Shown here one piece after another: positions 1 to 14,337 of a stretch of DNA of 64,000 nt. The DNA is from Hormiphora californensis (lineage: Eukaryota; Animalia; Ctenophora), in the NCBI GenBank assembly GCA_020137815.1, contig CM035360.1, positions 7,254,001-7,318,000 of the forward strand, read 5' to 3'. The notes beneath the pieces are model-generated. The model searched no databases and was not told where the DNA came from. It was given only the letters and a program-made list of their open reading frames with translations. A program made the position numbers and the translations under genes. Position 1 is the first letter of the stretch. Each line of letters opens with the position of its first letter.

Positions 1-381
1 CTGTGATACGTGATTCTCCACAACTAATCCTGATTAGCAATTTAGAACAGTCCAAGATTCGATGGGGATCACATGACCTGACTAACTGTCAGAAACATGA
101 TCACTGTGTGCCTTGTGCTTGCCCGTTTTTGATTTTCTTAGTCACATTTGAAAGAAATTCGATAGCCAAAGACAATTGTTTGAATTCTGGATCAAAAATT
201 CACGTTTTTTGGAATGACTGACGATGTTCATTCCCATCAAAAAAATGAATTTTGAGCTAAAAGTCTGAAATTTTGGTCAACCTATTTATTTCTCCCATAG
301 AGTAACTCTGCCAAATTTTGGCGCTCTACAATATCTGGAACCATGCTAGTCTAGGGCGGACATTTTTTATGCCCACCCCTG
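1..381. mobile_element. Right part of a TA-flanked (Tc1/mariner-type) MITE; complete copy at 12103-12974
   Basis: Ends in ggcggacattttttatgcccacccctg|TA, the inverted counterpart of TA|cagggggg-cataaaaaatgtccgcc at 12103. Absent from the orthologous intron at ~34190. Confidence 0.75.
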
Positions 382-393
382 TATTTCAGAGAA

Positions 394-956
394 CAAGAAT
401 TATTTGCATTATGTATACCCATAATGCTGTATTTCCCTGCACAACTTCAAGGATATAAACTTTGAGTGAAAGTTTGACAGCCGGCATGAGATCTGGATTG
501 TGCCACGCCTGCTTCTAAGTGGATGCTGATATGTGAGCCGGTAAAGCTGATGGGTTGACTAATTAGACTCCAGTTTCAAGGTTATGTGATATCATGTAGT
601 ATTCAAGTCGCAGTTCATGCCATTGCCACAACTCAAAAGTGAACATTGTACAGTACAATGACGTAGGGCGCGGCGCCAAAGTTATAGACTTTCTTTGAAG
701 TGAAACATAAACGTCCTGTGCGCGTGCGAGTTTCCTGCAGGAGAAGCGCCTAGTGACATCATATTTCATCAAAACAATTAATTGATTTGATGAAGGAGCG
801 TTGTCAAGCGTTGTCCGTGACGGACGGACGGACGGACACTTTTAGTTAACTACACAATCTGCTGATTTCTAAACCCTTTATGATCTTTTTAGCACGTGCG
901 TGCTAAAAACATCATCCCGGGTAAATGCCCTTCGGGCATTCACCCGGGCAGGGAAA
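394..956 (-). mobile_element. DINE-1/HINE-like non-autonomous Helentron
   Basis: Sub-terminal inverted repeat ttccctgc/gcagggaa, (GTCC)n microsatellite, terminal hairpin gcattatg-tatacc-cataatgc. Inserted in an A/T run without TSD. Empty site tttcagagaaaaatgc at ~34194. Confidence 0.7.
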
Positions 957-959
957 AAA

Positions 960-2723
<1,764 letters not shown>

Positions 2724-2875
2724 TGTAACTTGATAATATTTGATTTGATAATAATTAAGATTAGTTGTCATAAATGTGAACCCCTTTCCAAGAGTCAATC
2801 ATGTCGAGTTAGAAATACCATCACCGCTAGTGAGGGCAGTGAGTGATTGTGGTGAGTGTGAACTGTGGGCGTGTG

Positions 2876-3409
2876 CCCCCATAGAAATTTCACGCGGAGG
2901 AACCTGCATCCTCCAGCCTTTTCGTCACCCGAATGAAGGTGATTATCCAAGAAGAAACTAGCTAAAGTCCTGGAGAAAACAGGCATTAGTGCAGTCATTG
3001 TCTACTGCCGCGTTCCCCCTTTCAACTTTGTCTGGTGTATCTCAAAAAGTATTTAACTTACAGACTCCCAAAAAACGGGAGGTAACATGATATTGTAGAA
3101 AATATAATACTATCTGGGTTTTATTTAGATTAATGCACAGATACATAGCTATAGTTAGTGACACTTGGTGTCATAATTTTCTCCCATTGTTGTAGGTATT
3201 CACTTGACAGCTACCCCCTCTTTCTCTCCCATTCTCGCCCCTCTCCAGTCAGACAGTGTTGACAGGGGGAACGCGGCAGTAGACAATGACTGCACGAATG
3301 CCTGTTTTCTCCAGGACTTTAGCTAGTTTCTTCTTGGATAATCACCTTCATTCGGGTGACGAAAAGGCTGGAGGATGCAGGTTCCTCCGCGCGAAATTCC
3401 TATGGGGGT
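2876..3409. mobile_element. MITE-like element with ~150-bp inverted arms
   Basis: 2876-3025 is the reverse complement of ~3258-3409 (the same peptide MPVFSRTLASFFLDNHLH appears on both strands). Second copy at ~15400-15930. Confidence 0.65.
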
Positions 3410-3789
3410 GGGGATTGAACGTTGTTCCACTTCCACCCTTAGTTTTGAGGCTCCGCAATGTGCGCTTCAGCTTTTTCATGTAAAGACAATTTTGAATTTT
3501 GTAGAAAGAAGGAGTTGGGTGTTCAACCTTTGTTTCTCAATCAATTTCTTCAAACCAAAGTTTTACAAGCTTAGAATCGAATAGTATGCTCATTTAGGTG
3601 ATATGCGGTTTTTTGCCGTAGTTTCTATTGAGCACATGCAAAAGTGGGTGAGGGGTTGAAAAATGAACTTTAGAATTTTTTTGCCATGCTATGCAGTCTG
3701 TCGTTCGATCTCGCGTAAGCCGACAGACTGGGAACATGTCAAGTGTTTGGGGGGTGACAACCTGTCACAACTTTTCACCCCCAAAACTG

Positions 3790-4140
3790 ATTGGCAAACG
3801 TTGCTGGCCCCCGCAGCGCGGGATAAGGCAGCGCTTTTCAACAAAACTGACAACTTCAAAAATCCGACTTTAATTTTTTTTAAAAACATCCAGAAAATGT
3901 CCGCGCGTCGTCAAGGACTTGAAATTTGCGCCGCACATTTGAGTGAATCATGCGCCCCGGCTAAAATTTTTGCTTAAAACGCTGCAACAAGTGAGACGCG
4001 CAGTCATTTTACACTTGCAGCTTTTTATTTTAGATTTTGGGGCAAATTTCTTTTTTGATTTTTTGTGGCCCACGTTAAGATCTGGGCGTTTTGAGTGTCA
4101 GCACTCACGGTTTTTAGGGGTGGGGTTAGGGTTGGTGACG
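3790..4140. repeat. Interspersed repeat family (ttggcaaacgttgctggc.../...ggggttaggg)
   Basis: Homologous blocks at ~50452-50830 and ~51420-51520. Class not determined. Confidence 0.55.
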
Positions 4141-4240
4141 TAGACACCTGGTGCGACCCCCCGTACACAGGTGTCGGCTCTACCCCAAAAAGGGTCGTTT
4201 CTTTCAAAGAATGTTGCACGCGAGTCGCGATCCACTGGAC

Positions 4241-4281
4241 TTTCAAACTTTTCAACACTACTTTAAACAAATTAATTTGAG
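4241..4281 (+). other. Retroposed spliced-leader (SL) exon sequence
   Basis: TTTCAAACTTTTCAACACTACTTTAAACAAATTAATTTGAG matches my recollection of the Pleurobrachia/Hormiphora SL. It is followed by ATCGA-ATG rather than a GT donor, so it is not an SL RNA gene. Second copy at 16747-16786. Confidence 0.85.
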
Positions 4282-4286
4282 ATCGA

Positions 4287-5507
4287 ATGTATCAACAGCC
4301 CACGATGGGCAGTCCCATGTCTGACACAAGAGACGAGATGGCTGATCCACCTGATATCCAATGTGAGCTGGAGAAAGTTGAAGAAATGCTCACCCAAATG
4401 AACCTGTTTAGCCTACTACAAGATAACGGAGAAATGTCTGGAAACACCGAACGTTCGGTCAGTAGAAATGACTTGTGGAAGGTTATAAAGGTCGCCTATA
4501 GAGCGCTTTGGAACGAAGCTACCCAATGCAACAAACCAGCTCAGAATGATAATAACAGTGACGCTAATATCCTCGTCAAACTTGGAAAGCAACAAGACGA
4601 ACGGTTTATCCAATTCCGGGAAGAACTCCAGCTGACTATCAAAGAAACCATTCAGCAACTTCAACCATCTTATGCCCAACTTGCTATGTCTGGAAAACCT
4701 TCCACCCCCTCCATTCCTACAGTGCTCCCAGCTGCCATACCTCTTACTACCCCTCCAACAAAACCATCATACAGGAAAATCGTCGTTGACTGCAAAGAGG
4801 CTGATGTTGATGAAGTACACAGGCTCAGTGAGACTGCCCTATCAAAAACGAAAGTCTCTCGGTTGGTCAAGAAGAAAAATGCGGTTATCATTACTGTGCC
4901 CAGTACTGATGGTGATAAGGCAGCAGATGCCCTCAATAAGGACCTCTCTTCAACAACTGTCAGAGTTCGATCCGAACCCACTTGCAAGATAACAGTCCTC
5001 AACTTCCCTCTTACTGATTCCATGAGGCAAACTACTGATCGCTCGGTGAGGTGCCAGGAAATACTTGGTATGCTTAAGGAGAAAAATGAGCAACTGGACA
5101 ATGATAACATTGATGTGATATACTACAGGGTAAATGATCGAGTCCCTGATACATGTACAATTGGACTAAGGCTGCCTACTACAATCAAACGGCAGATACT
5201 GGGACAAGGAGTAGTCTATGTTGGTTATATGGCGTGTAGGGTGGTGGATCGTGTGCGGGTTAATCAGTGTTATAATTGTCAGGACTTCCACCACACGCAA
5301 GATGTGTGTAACAGACGTCCAGTGTGTACCCACTGTTCTCAAGAACATTCTTCTAAAGACTGTACGGCAAAATCTAACGAAAGTTTCATTCCTAAATGTA
5401 ATAACTGTTCTGTTGCGAAAAAGTCAGATGTTGCCCATGCTGCAAACAGTCGAGATTGTCCCTTGTATCTGTCTAAGTTCAATGAAGCTCGTTCAAAAAA
5501 CCAGTAG
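4287..5507 (+). CDS. LINE ORF1, gag-like nucleic-acid-binding protein (406 aa)
   Basis: Three C-terminal zinc knuckles: CYNCQDFHHTQDVC, CTHCSQEHSSKDC, CNNC...H....DCP. Confidence 0.9.
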   Translation: MYQQPTMGSPMSDTRDEMADPPDIQCELEKVEEMLTQMNLFSLLQDNGEMSGNTERSVSRNDLWKVIKVAYRALWNEATQCNKPAQNDNNSDANILVKLGKQQDERFIQFREELQLTIKETIQQLQPSYAQLAMSGKPSTPSIPTVLPAAIPLTTPPTKPSYRKIVVDCKEADVDEVHRLSETALSKTKVSRLVKKKNAVIITVPSTDGDKAADALNKDLSSTTVRVRSEPTCKITVLNFPLTDSMRQTTDRSVRCQEILGMLKEKNEQLDNDNIDVIYYRVNDRVPDTCTIGLRLPTTIKRQILGQGVVYVGYMACRVVDRVRVNQCYNCQDFHHTQDVCNRRPVCTHCSQEHSSKDCTAKSNESFIPKCNNCSVAKKSDVAHAANSRDCPLYLSKFNEARSKNQ

Positions 5508-8456
5508 GGTTAAAACTGGCCACTGTTAACTGTTTCTCGTTGCGTAACAAGTTGTTAGATGTTTTATTGAGTATTTCTGACAGTGATATTGATGCAGTGT
5601 GTTTAAGCGAGACGTGGTTACACTTAGATGAGAGTGCTATTGAGAGAGAGACTAGAGAGCATGGCTACAAGTTGGTCAGCAGGCCGCGTGGCTCTAGAGG
5701 AGGTGGTGTCGCCATCCTCATGAGGAAATCCTTCCACCATGTTCAGGTAAAGCACTCATTTTCATCATTCGAGTGTGTGGAAACTCTCATCACTCAAAAG
5801 AGTTCCAATCCTACAGCTCAGGGACCCAGGTTCCAACCCCTCCGTCTTCTTGGCATCTATCGCCCTCCATCCAGCCCTATTTCTACCTTCTTCGATGAAT
5901 TCGAATCGTTGCTCCATGACCTTTCGGAACGGCCTGGAGAGGTGGTTATTTCAGGTGATTTCAACATACATGTGCAAGATACCAGTTCCGGATCAACTAA
6001 AACCTTTCTCGGGCTTCTCGATGACCATCATTTTCGTCAATTTGTTTCGGAACCTACGCATATAGCGGGTGGTACACTGGATTTGGTCATTGCCAAGACC
6101 TTACCTGGTACTTCTCCTATCTCCAATATACATGTGGATATGATTCCTGCTGTACCTGATCATGCCCTGGTGTCATTCACCCTAGAAAATGGAGTTACAG
6201 CCCAACGGAAGAAGTTTGTCTCGGTTAAGAAAAGAGACATGAAATCACTGGATATTGAACAGCTAATATTCTCAATCCTACAGTCCCCTCTCTGTGACAT
6301 AGAAAACTTTCCCTCGGAGGTGGAGGAACTTATTGAACTGTATGATGAGATGTTGGCTGAGTTTCTCGATGAACTTGCCCCGGTCACTGAGATGATTGTC
6401 CCCGAAGATCCAGGCCCCAAGTGGTATAACACTGATTGTCAAGCTGCTAAACGTCGTAGGAGGAAAGCTGAACGACAGTATCTGGCCACGCTGTTGAAAT
6501 CTGTGTGTCCTGAAAAACTGTGGGACAGTCTCCGAACTAAACGTGACGAGGCTAAAGCAGCAACCAAGTTTATCGTTGGAGTTAGGAGTGGATATTATCG
6601 GGAGGAGCTTGATGAAGCCGATGGTGATATGCAGAAGTCTTACAGAATCATGAATGGTCTGCTGGGAAAGGATGGAAATTCATCAGTACTTCCTGAGTAC
6701 ACGGATCTTGACGAACTATGCCAGAGATTCATTGAATTCTTCCAAGAAAAAATCAACAAGATCTACACAGAAATTGAAGCAATGCGTGCTGACACCGAGG
6801 AAGTTTCTGGTCTTGAGGATGAAAATAGCCTGCCTAAGTTTGACTCTTTCAGACCTGTAACCAGTGATGAGCTGGTGAAGATCATTCGTTCAATGAATTA
6901 TAAAATCTGTGACCTCGATCCCATTCCTTCTAAGCTCGTTGGAACCTGTATACACGAGCTGATCCCCATCATTAAAGCAATTGTCAACGGTAGTCTGGTC
7001 AACGGAGTATTTCCTTCTGTCCTCAAGAAAGCAGTTATCCGGCCGGTGTACAAGGGGAAAGGGTTGGACAGCAACGATGTTGGAAGCTACAGGCCTATAT
7101 CTAACCTCAGCTTCATCTCTAAAATCATCGAAAAGTGTGTTTCTTTACAATTGACAGAACACCTGGAAGAACACGAGCTGTTTGCTACAGTGCAGTCTGC
7201 CTACAGAAAAAAAACACTCATGTGAAACGGCTACCCTGAAGATCTTTAATGATCTACTCGTGATGACTGACAAGAAAAGTAAGGCAGTACTCCTTCTACT
7301 CGATCTCTCTGCTGCCTTTGATACTGTTCCTCATACAATCCTTCTTCGTCGCCTGCAGCACATGTATGGTGTCAGTGGAACAGCTCTCAAATGGTTCTCT
7401 TCTTATCTCGAAGGAAGGAAAGCTGTTGTCAAAATAGGTGATTCCCAGTCTGCTGAAGTAAGTGTATACATTGGAGTGCCCCAGGGATCCATCTTGGGGC
7501 CCCTTATGTTTATTCTGTTCACGAAAGACCTCGAGAAAATTGCGGCCAAACATGGGATGAGGATTCACCTTTACGCAGACGACTCGCAGCTATATGTGAA
7601 GTTTACCAACAACAACTGGACACAAAATGAAGATCAGCTTCGACAATGTTTCTCAGAAATCGAGCAATGGATGGCATCGAGTTATTTGAAACTCAACCCC
7701 TCCAAAACAGAACTACTGTTTATATCATCGCGGACTGACAAAACTAAAAATCCCATCGCTCATGATGAGTCTTTCTCTCTGCGTAGATCTGATCAACCGG
7801 CAACGTACATCAGTCCCTCGGAACAGGCAAGGAATCTAGGAGTTATATTTGATGAAAGGCTCACCATGAAAGCCCATATCTCCAAGGTAGTCAGGGACTG
7901 CAACATGACCTTACACAACCTGAGGCGCATCGGCGACAAACTGTCAAAGAAAAACAAAGTCCAGCTGGTTCACTCCCTTATTCACTCTCGCATAGACTAC
8001 TGCAATGGCCTATTGATTGGAGCTGATAAGAGTGACATCACCCGCCTTCAAAAAGTGCAGAATGCAGCGACAAGATTCATCTTTGGAAGGTGGCAATGGA
8101 GAGGAGTAACAGAACTGAGAAAGCAGCTGCACTTTCTTCCTGTCACAGCGAGAATTGACTACAAGATCTGTCTTATGGTCTTCAAGTGCATCAACAATCT
8201 AGCACCACCCTACCTACAGAGTCTAATACAAAGGCGGAAACTAAAGTGCAAATCACTGAGACATGATGATGATCCAACACTTCTCCAAAAAGACTTCTCC
8301 ACTAAGTATAAGACTTCTCAGCGTGCTTTCCAGGTAGCAGGACCGAGACTGTGGAATGTCCTGCCTCAAACAATTCGAAGCTGCACAGATGAGTCACTCT
8401 TCAAATCGAAGCTGAAGACGCACCTCTTTGACAAGTCATACGGTCCTGCTGGCTGA
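5495..8456 (+). CDS. LINE ORF2, AP endonuclease + reverse transcriptase (one +1 A-run frameshift at ~7210)
   Basis: APE motifs LSETW, RGGGVAI, GDFN, TLDL, PDH. RT motifs YRPISNL, LDLSAAFD, GVPQGSILGP, YADD. The run is A8 here and in-frame A7 in the duplicate at ~19690. Confidence 0.9.
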
Positions 8457-10099
8457 TTTGTAGCTTTGTTAGTAGAGATCTGTCTAGTCATTGTCTGTCT
8501 TGTTTTACGTGTCTTGTTCTGTTCTGAGTTCCGAGTCTAGCCCCTTTTTATACTGAGTGCAGTGATTTTTTTTAATTTTTTTTTTAACATATATTTTTTA
8601 ACCAAGTAATCGTATAGCTTATCTACACCGTTATCTACTGAATTAACTATTAATCATTAATCTACTCTTTTTTATGATTGGAATTCTAATTCTTCTTTTA
8701 ATTATATCTATTTTAATTAACTTATTCATACAGTCCCTCAGTGTGTACCCACTTTTATCTATCTACTGTTTCTGTATGGACTGCCGCATAAGAAGGCTGG
8801 CTTAAGAGCTCTGGCGTTTTAATTATGAGTTTTTTCTCTCTGTTTTTTGCGTTTATCTCTTAGCTATATTGAGTCAATTTGCGGGGTATCAAATGTAACA
8901 ATTGAATTGAATTGAATTGGACCGATTTGCATCCGGTTTGTCGCAAAAGACTACAAATTGATCCTAATATACTGGAAAATACCCGAGAATTTTGTCTATC
9001 AACAGGAAGTGGGTCAACATTGACACTGAAGTAAAATCTATAATCTGACTTCGAGAGTTTCTGCACTACGCCCATGCGGTTTAGAAGATAATGGGAGACA
9101 TGTTGATGCAATTAGCATCAGAATTTGATGCTGGGTATTTTCCAGTACTCACAAGGCCTCAACCTATCTCCCAATATCGTCAGACTCAGTCTAAACCGCC
9201 TGGGAGTGGTGCAAAAACTCTCGGAAGCCGGATTATAGATATGACTTCAGTGTCAATTTTGACCCCCTTTCCTGTTGACAAACAAACTTCTCGGGCATTT
9301 TCCAGTAAACTAGGACCAATTTGTAGTCTCATGAAACAAGTGGGATGTAAATCGGTTCAGTGGATCACGTGCAAGATCTCTTGAAAGACACGACCCTTTT
9401 TTAGGGGGCGGAGCCGACACCTGTGTGTGGGGGGTCGCGCCAGGTGTCTATGGAGGCGAGACACTGTGTTGAGACGTGCACCATTGCGACGCGCATTGCG
9501 ACGCGCATTTTAGTAGTATAGTGTGCACAGTTGGGACCCCTTTTTCGCCCTAACTGAGGCACCATTTTGTATGTGCATGTCACGTGACTTCTAATTACCA
9601 AAATTATGCGGCGCTGGCAAGAGCTGTTCGCTAGAATATCGGGAGCGCCGGCAAGGGCCATGGAACAAGTTTGGCGCTGACAAGGGCCCTAATTTTTGTT
9701 TGAAATTTCTGCGTGTTAGTGATGTCACCCCTATCACATTACACGAATTGCACCAGGTGTTCTGTTATAACTCAGTATTCCGGTGACTTTTCACTGGAAA
9801 GGAACAAATACGTATTTTTAGGCAATTACCACCCGGAAAGGAATTTAGATTTACGGCTCATCCCATAATGGAATTAGATCTAATTAGTATCATCAACAGG
9901 GAAAAACAAGTCTCATTTGAGCGAGAGGACGTGTTGTACATTGTACACAATACGATTTTACAACAGCTGTGACATTGTCACATGTTGCACATGTCATGTA
10001 CGGAAGGCGCGGCACTTTCATTGAGAGGTTTTCTGCGCGGACCGCGAAATTCGAACTGAAGCAAGTACATGAGTACCTGTACATGTATACATGTACTGT

Positions 10100-13000
10100 A
10101 TCGGACCAGGGCGTTGTTTGTTCTGTCAAAAAACAGTCTAACTTGGCAAGGCGTTGTTTCAGTGATCCAGCAAATGAGGCACAATTGCAGAGCTAATAGC
10201 GGTAAAATATTGTTCTAACGTTTGCCAGTACCTGTCCAAGTCAACAAAGACTCCTGTATCGGATCACCCGGGCGTTTCCCTCTGATAACCTTTAACAGTC
10301 TCCAGAGACCAGAACTCCATATTCTGATCTTTCCGTCCTGGCAGGATGTAATACATCACATACAACTACTGCACAGATAGTACACACACTGAGGAGGGGT
10401 TGGGTGGATGTTTAATGGTTTCTGTATCAGGTTCAAATTGCTGTACAAAAATCATTGATGTCATCAATGGTTTGGAAAGTACCTGAAAATGTATACAGGG
10501 CAGTTTCGTGTACTTCTTCTCGACTAGTCGCCGCACCCTCTGCCCGCGCGCATTCACATGCTGCTTCATCAAGAACCGTTCGGCATGGCGCCCCGCTCCC
10601 AAACCCAGATTTACCCATCACCCCTAGCAACAAATCTCCATGTAACTCGACACTTCTGCCATTGGAAAACGGCCGTTACCTTGGTGAGGGAGGGTGAACA
10701 TTGCAGTGGTATCGAGAGAACAGCATGTTCCACACGTAAAGGACGTTTTGAGAGCCGTCATTATGTAGTGGGGGTTAGGAAACACAGTACACTTTGCCCA
10801 CCACTTGGTAAACCTAGTAAACAACAGGAACAGTTATAGTTGGACCCCGATTTACTGTGATGCTCGGATTTTGCCTGGTAAATCGGGGTATTGTAGTTCC
10901 TTAATTATTTCGGGAAGTTTAGCAATATCCGCCCGAAAAAATTGAGGTTTCGTTCAATTTGGGGCCTAGCCAGTAATTTGGGGTCGACTGTATTTGCAAT
11001 CACTGATTCCAGTCGACGAAGAGCCATTTTACCTGTAGTTTAGTGCCAGTATCAACGTCCCACAAGTGGAAAAACTTTGACTCAGTTCCTACACCCGCCC
11101 TGTTCCCTGAGAGAATCTTTTGTAAATTAGCAATTACAGTTGTATTATTGATTCACCATATTACTAGATTGGGTTTTAGTTGCTAGCATTGTAAAATCCC
11201 TAAAGTTTAACTGAGAGTAGGGTCTAGTATGATGAAGAGTACGCTTCAGAACACTCTTAGAGAGGTACCAAACTTTAACCATACAGTCCTGTGCCCCTGA
11301 TATCAGTAATCTGGGGTGAAGTAATGATAAATGGGGGGGGGGGGGGTTACACCATTACAACATACCAGTTTTCTACAGTTTACTGGACCCGTGTAGATAG
11401 ATGGGTTGCAATATGGTTCAGTACGTTTCATTGTGGTCTAGACAGGTTATAGTTCCCCTGTGGCCCCTCCATAGTCGCAGGTAGGCTCCAGTTTCTATCG
11501 ACCACCTCTAATTGTTGAATCATAGCTTCCTGTGGGAATGCAGCTGTTATGTAGGATGTTAATATGCAAAACACAGGAATTTACTCGAATAGAATGGGCA
11601 GGGGCTGAGTAGATTAGGAGTTCATAGCGTTTACCTGATATCACAATTTTGAATTTCTCTATTAGTAGTAATGATTTAATGCTTCCTGCATGACCAACTA
11701 TCGTCTTGTGAGTTTGGCCTGAAGCGATGTTATCAAGCTGAACATGAACATATATTTGTTTTACGAATTAGCACGGTTATATTCTCGTCAGGAACCGACC
11801 GAAACAAGTAAACAACCAATCAGAACTCGTTATTTTTCACGTGACTGGTTTCAGCCAATCAGCGACCAGTATTTCCTGATTCGGTCGGTTCCTGATTATC
11901 GTACCAGTTTCTGCATTCCTAATCTGCACCTTCCTATCCTTTGACCCGACAGCCACATATCTACCACACGACAATAGTGCAATGTCCGTGGGTGTCTGAG
12001 AACTTGAGAAGGTGCTGTTGGTGATACTGCCCACAAACACATTCCTCTCCTCCAGAATCACTTCACCTTTCTAGAATCCTCCTCGCTGGACAGAGCAGTT
12101 TACAGGGGGGCATAAAAAATGTCCGCCCTAGACTAGCATGGTTCCAGATATTGTAGAGCGCCAAAATTTGGCAGAGTTACTCTATGGGACAACTAAATAG
12201 GTTGACCAAAATTTCAGACTTTTAGCTCAAAGTTCATTTTTTTGATCGGAATGAACATTGTCATTCATTCCAAAAAACATGAATTTTTGATCCAAAAGTC
12301 AACAATTGTCTTTGGGCTATCGAATTTCTTTCAAATGCGACCAAGAAAATCAAAAACAGACACCACAAGGCACACAGTGATCATGTTTCTTGCAGTGAGT
12401 CAGGTCATGTGATCCTCACCGAATCGTGGACAACTTTCTGAATTGCTAATCAAGCTTATTGGGAAGTCACGTATCATAGCCGCTAATGAGGGATGTGTAT
12501 CGAAAAGCGACATGTGATTCGAAAGCACTGAGATAAAGAGACCACTTGTTAATGAGCCTCGGATCTCATGCCAATCATCTTCGTCATCCCACATTGGTGG
12601 CTGTGATACGTGATTCTCCACAACTAATCCTGATTAGCAATTTAGAACAGTCCAAGATCGATGGTGATCACATGACCTGACTAACTGTCAGAAACATGAT
12701 CACTGTGGTCCTTGTGCTTGCCCGTTTTGATTTTCTTAGTCACATTTGAAAGAAATTCGATAGCCAAAGACAATTGTTTGAATTCTGGATCAAAAATTCA
12801 CGTTTTTTGGAATGACTGACGATGTTCATTCCCATCAAAAAAATGAATTTTGAGCTAAAAGTCTGAATTTTGTCACTATTTATTTCTCCCATAGAGTAAC
12901 TCTGCCAAATTTTGGCGCTCTACAATATCTGGAACCATGCTAGTCTAGGGCGGACATTTTTATGCCCACCCCTGTATTTCAGAGAACAAGAATTATTTGC

Positions 13001-14298
13001 ATTATGTATACCTAATGCTGTATTTCCCTGCACAACTTCAAGGATATAAACTTTGAGTGAAAGTTTGACAGCCGGCATGAGATCTGGATTGTGCCACGCC
13101 TGCTTCTATGGATGCTGATATGTGAGCCGGTAAAGCTGATGGGTTGACTAATTAGACTCCAGTTTCAAGGTTATGTGATATCATGTAGTATTCAAGTCGC
13201 AGTTCATGCCATTGCCACAACTCAAAGTGAACATTGTACAGTACAATGACGTAGGGCGCGGCGCCAAAGTTATAGACTTTCTTTGAAGTGAAACATAAAC
13301 GTCCTGTGCGCGTGCGAGTTTCCTGCAGGAGAAGCGCCTAGTGACATCATATTTCATCAAAACATTAATTGATTGATGAAGGAGCGTTGTCAAGCGTTGC
13401 CGTGACGGACGGACGGACGGACACTTTTAGTTACTACACAATCTGCTGATTTCTAAACCCTTTATGATCTTTTTAGCACGTGCGTGCTAAAAACTCATCC
13501 CGGGTAAATGCCCTTCGGGCATTCACCCGGGCAGGGAAAAAATGCAAACTAATTAAAACAATAGTGATAACAGTAGCGTACGACAACTGTTTTCAAGGAG
13601 AATGTATTCAATATCCCTTATTGTTTCCTGGTATACCTGGTATAGGATGGTCAGTAGTACAGGGGTGTCCAGGGGGAAACGAGAGCTGCTTTGTTTGCAA
13701 AGGAGGGATTCACATTTCTAACTGCCGGCCTTAGAGCTCGACATCGGAACAAATGGGATTGAAACTGGTGTGCTCTCTTCGAAATTCTTTCACTACACGT
13801 ACCTAGGAAACTTTAATCATTGCCCTATTATAACAGTCTATAATGGGATCTTTATCACCCTTTCCCCGAGCATCCCGGTCCCAATATCAAAACATTTGAA
13901 TATTGTTCAGTTATGTACTACCATCGTTTTGACACCAGTCTAGCAGGCCGATGTTAGTTTGTCCCACAAGTTGAGAATCAGTTTGGCGACCGTAAACAGG
14001 TAGCTTGCTGATAAAATCCACACAGCCACTTCGCTCTGAGAAACATGGCCACTGCCCTGACCTGCAAACAACAACATACATCCATATTATATGGTCATGA
14101 AATATCAATGAACTTTTCTTCATTATATTTAATTTGGTATTCTCACCAAGGGCAATGTGTCGGATCCGGTTTAATTCCTCCTCAGTCTCAAGGTTACCTG
14201 CAACACGGGGTTGTCATAGTAACGCACACACGCTTCAAAATAAGGGATGAATTGAGAGAGACCGAGAGAGAATAAGAGCGAGAGAGAGAGAGAGAGGA

Positions 14299-14337
<39 letters not shown>

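Larger units (their letters stand above)
4241..8917 (+). mobile_element. Full-length APE-type LINE (L2/CR1-group-like) with 5-bp TSD TGGAC and (AATTG)n tail
   Basis: TGGAC at 4236-4240 and 8918-8922. ORF1 + ORF2 present. Tail aattgaattgaattgaat. The pre-insertion sequence can be rebuilt from the opposite MITE arm (aaatcggttcagtgga). Confidence 0.92.
4141..9450. mobile_element. ~630-bp palindromic TA-bounded MITE split by the LINE
   Basis: tagacacctggtgcgacc (4141) pairs with ggtcgcgccaggtgtcta (9450). The left arm resumes at 8918-9075 and pairs with ~9200-9365. Confidence 0.8.

Noticed and set aside
4241-4300. SL RNA gene
   Set aside because: The SL exon is not followed by a GT donor, intron or Sm site. 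It runs straight into ORF1 and lies inside the LINE TSDs.
7200-7225. Programmed frameshift within LINE ORF2 (and at ~41810 in the left PLE)
   Set aside because: These are homopolymer length differences. The sister copies have the in-frame length, so sequencing error or a simple mutation is more likely.
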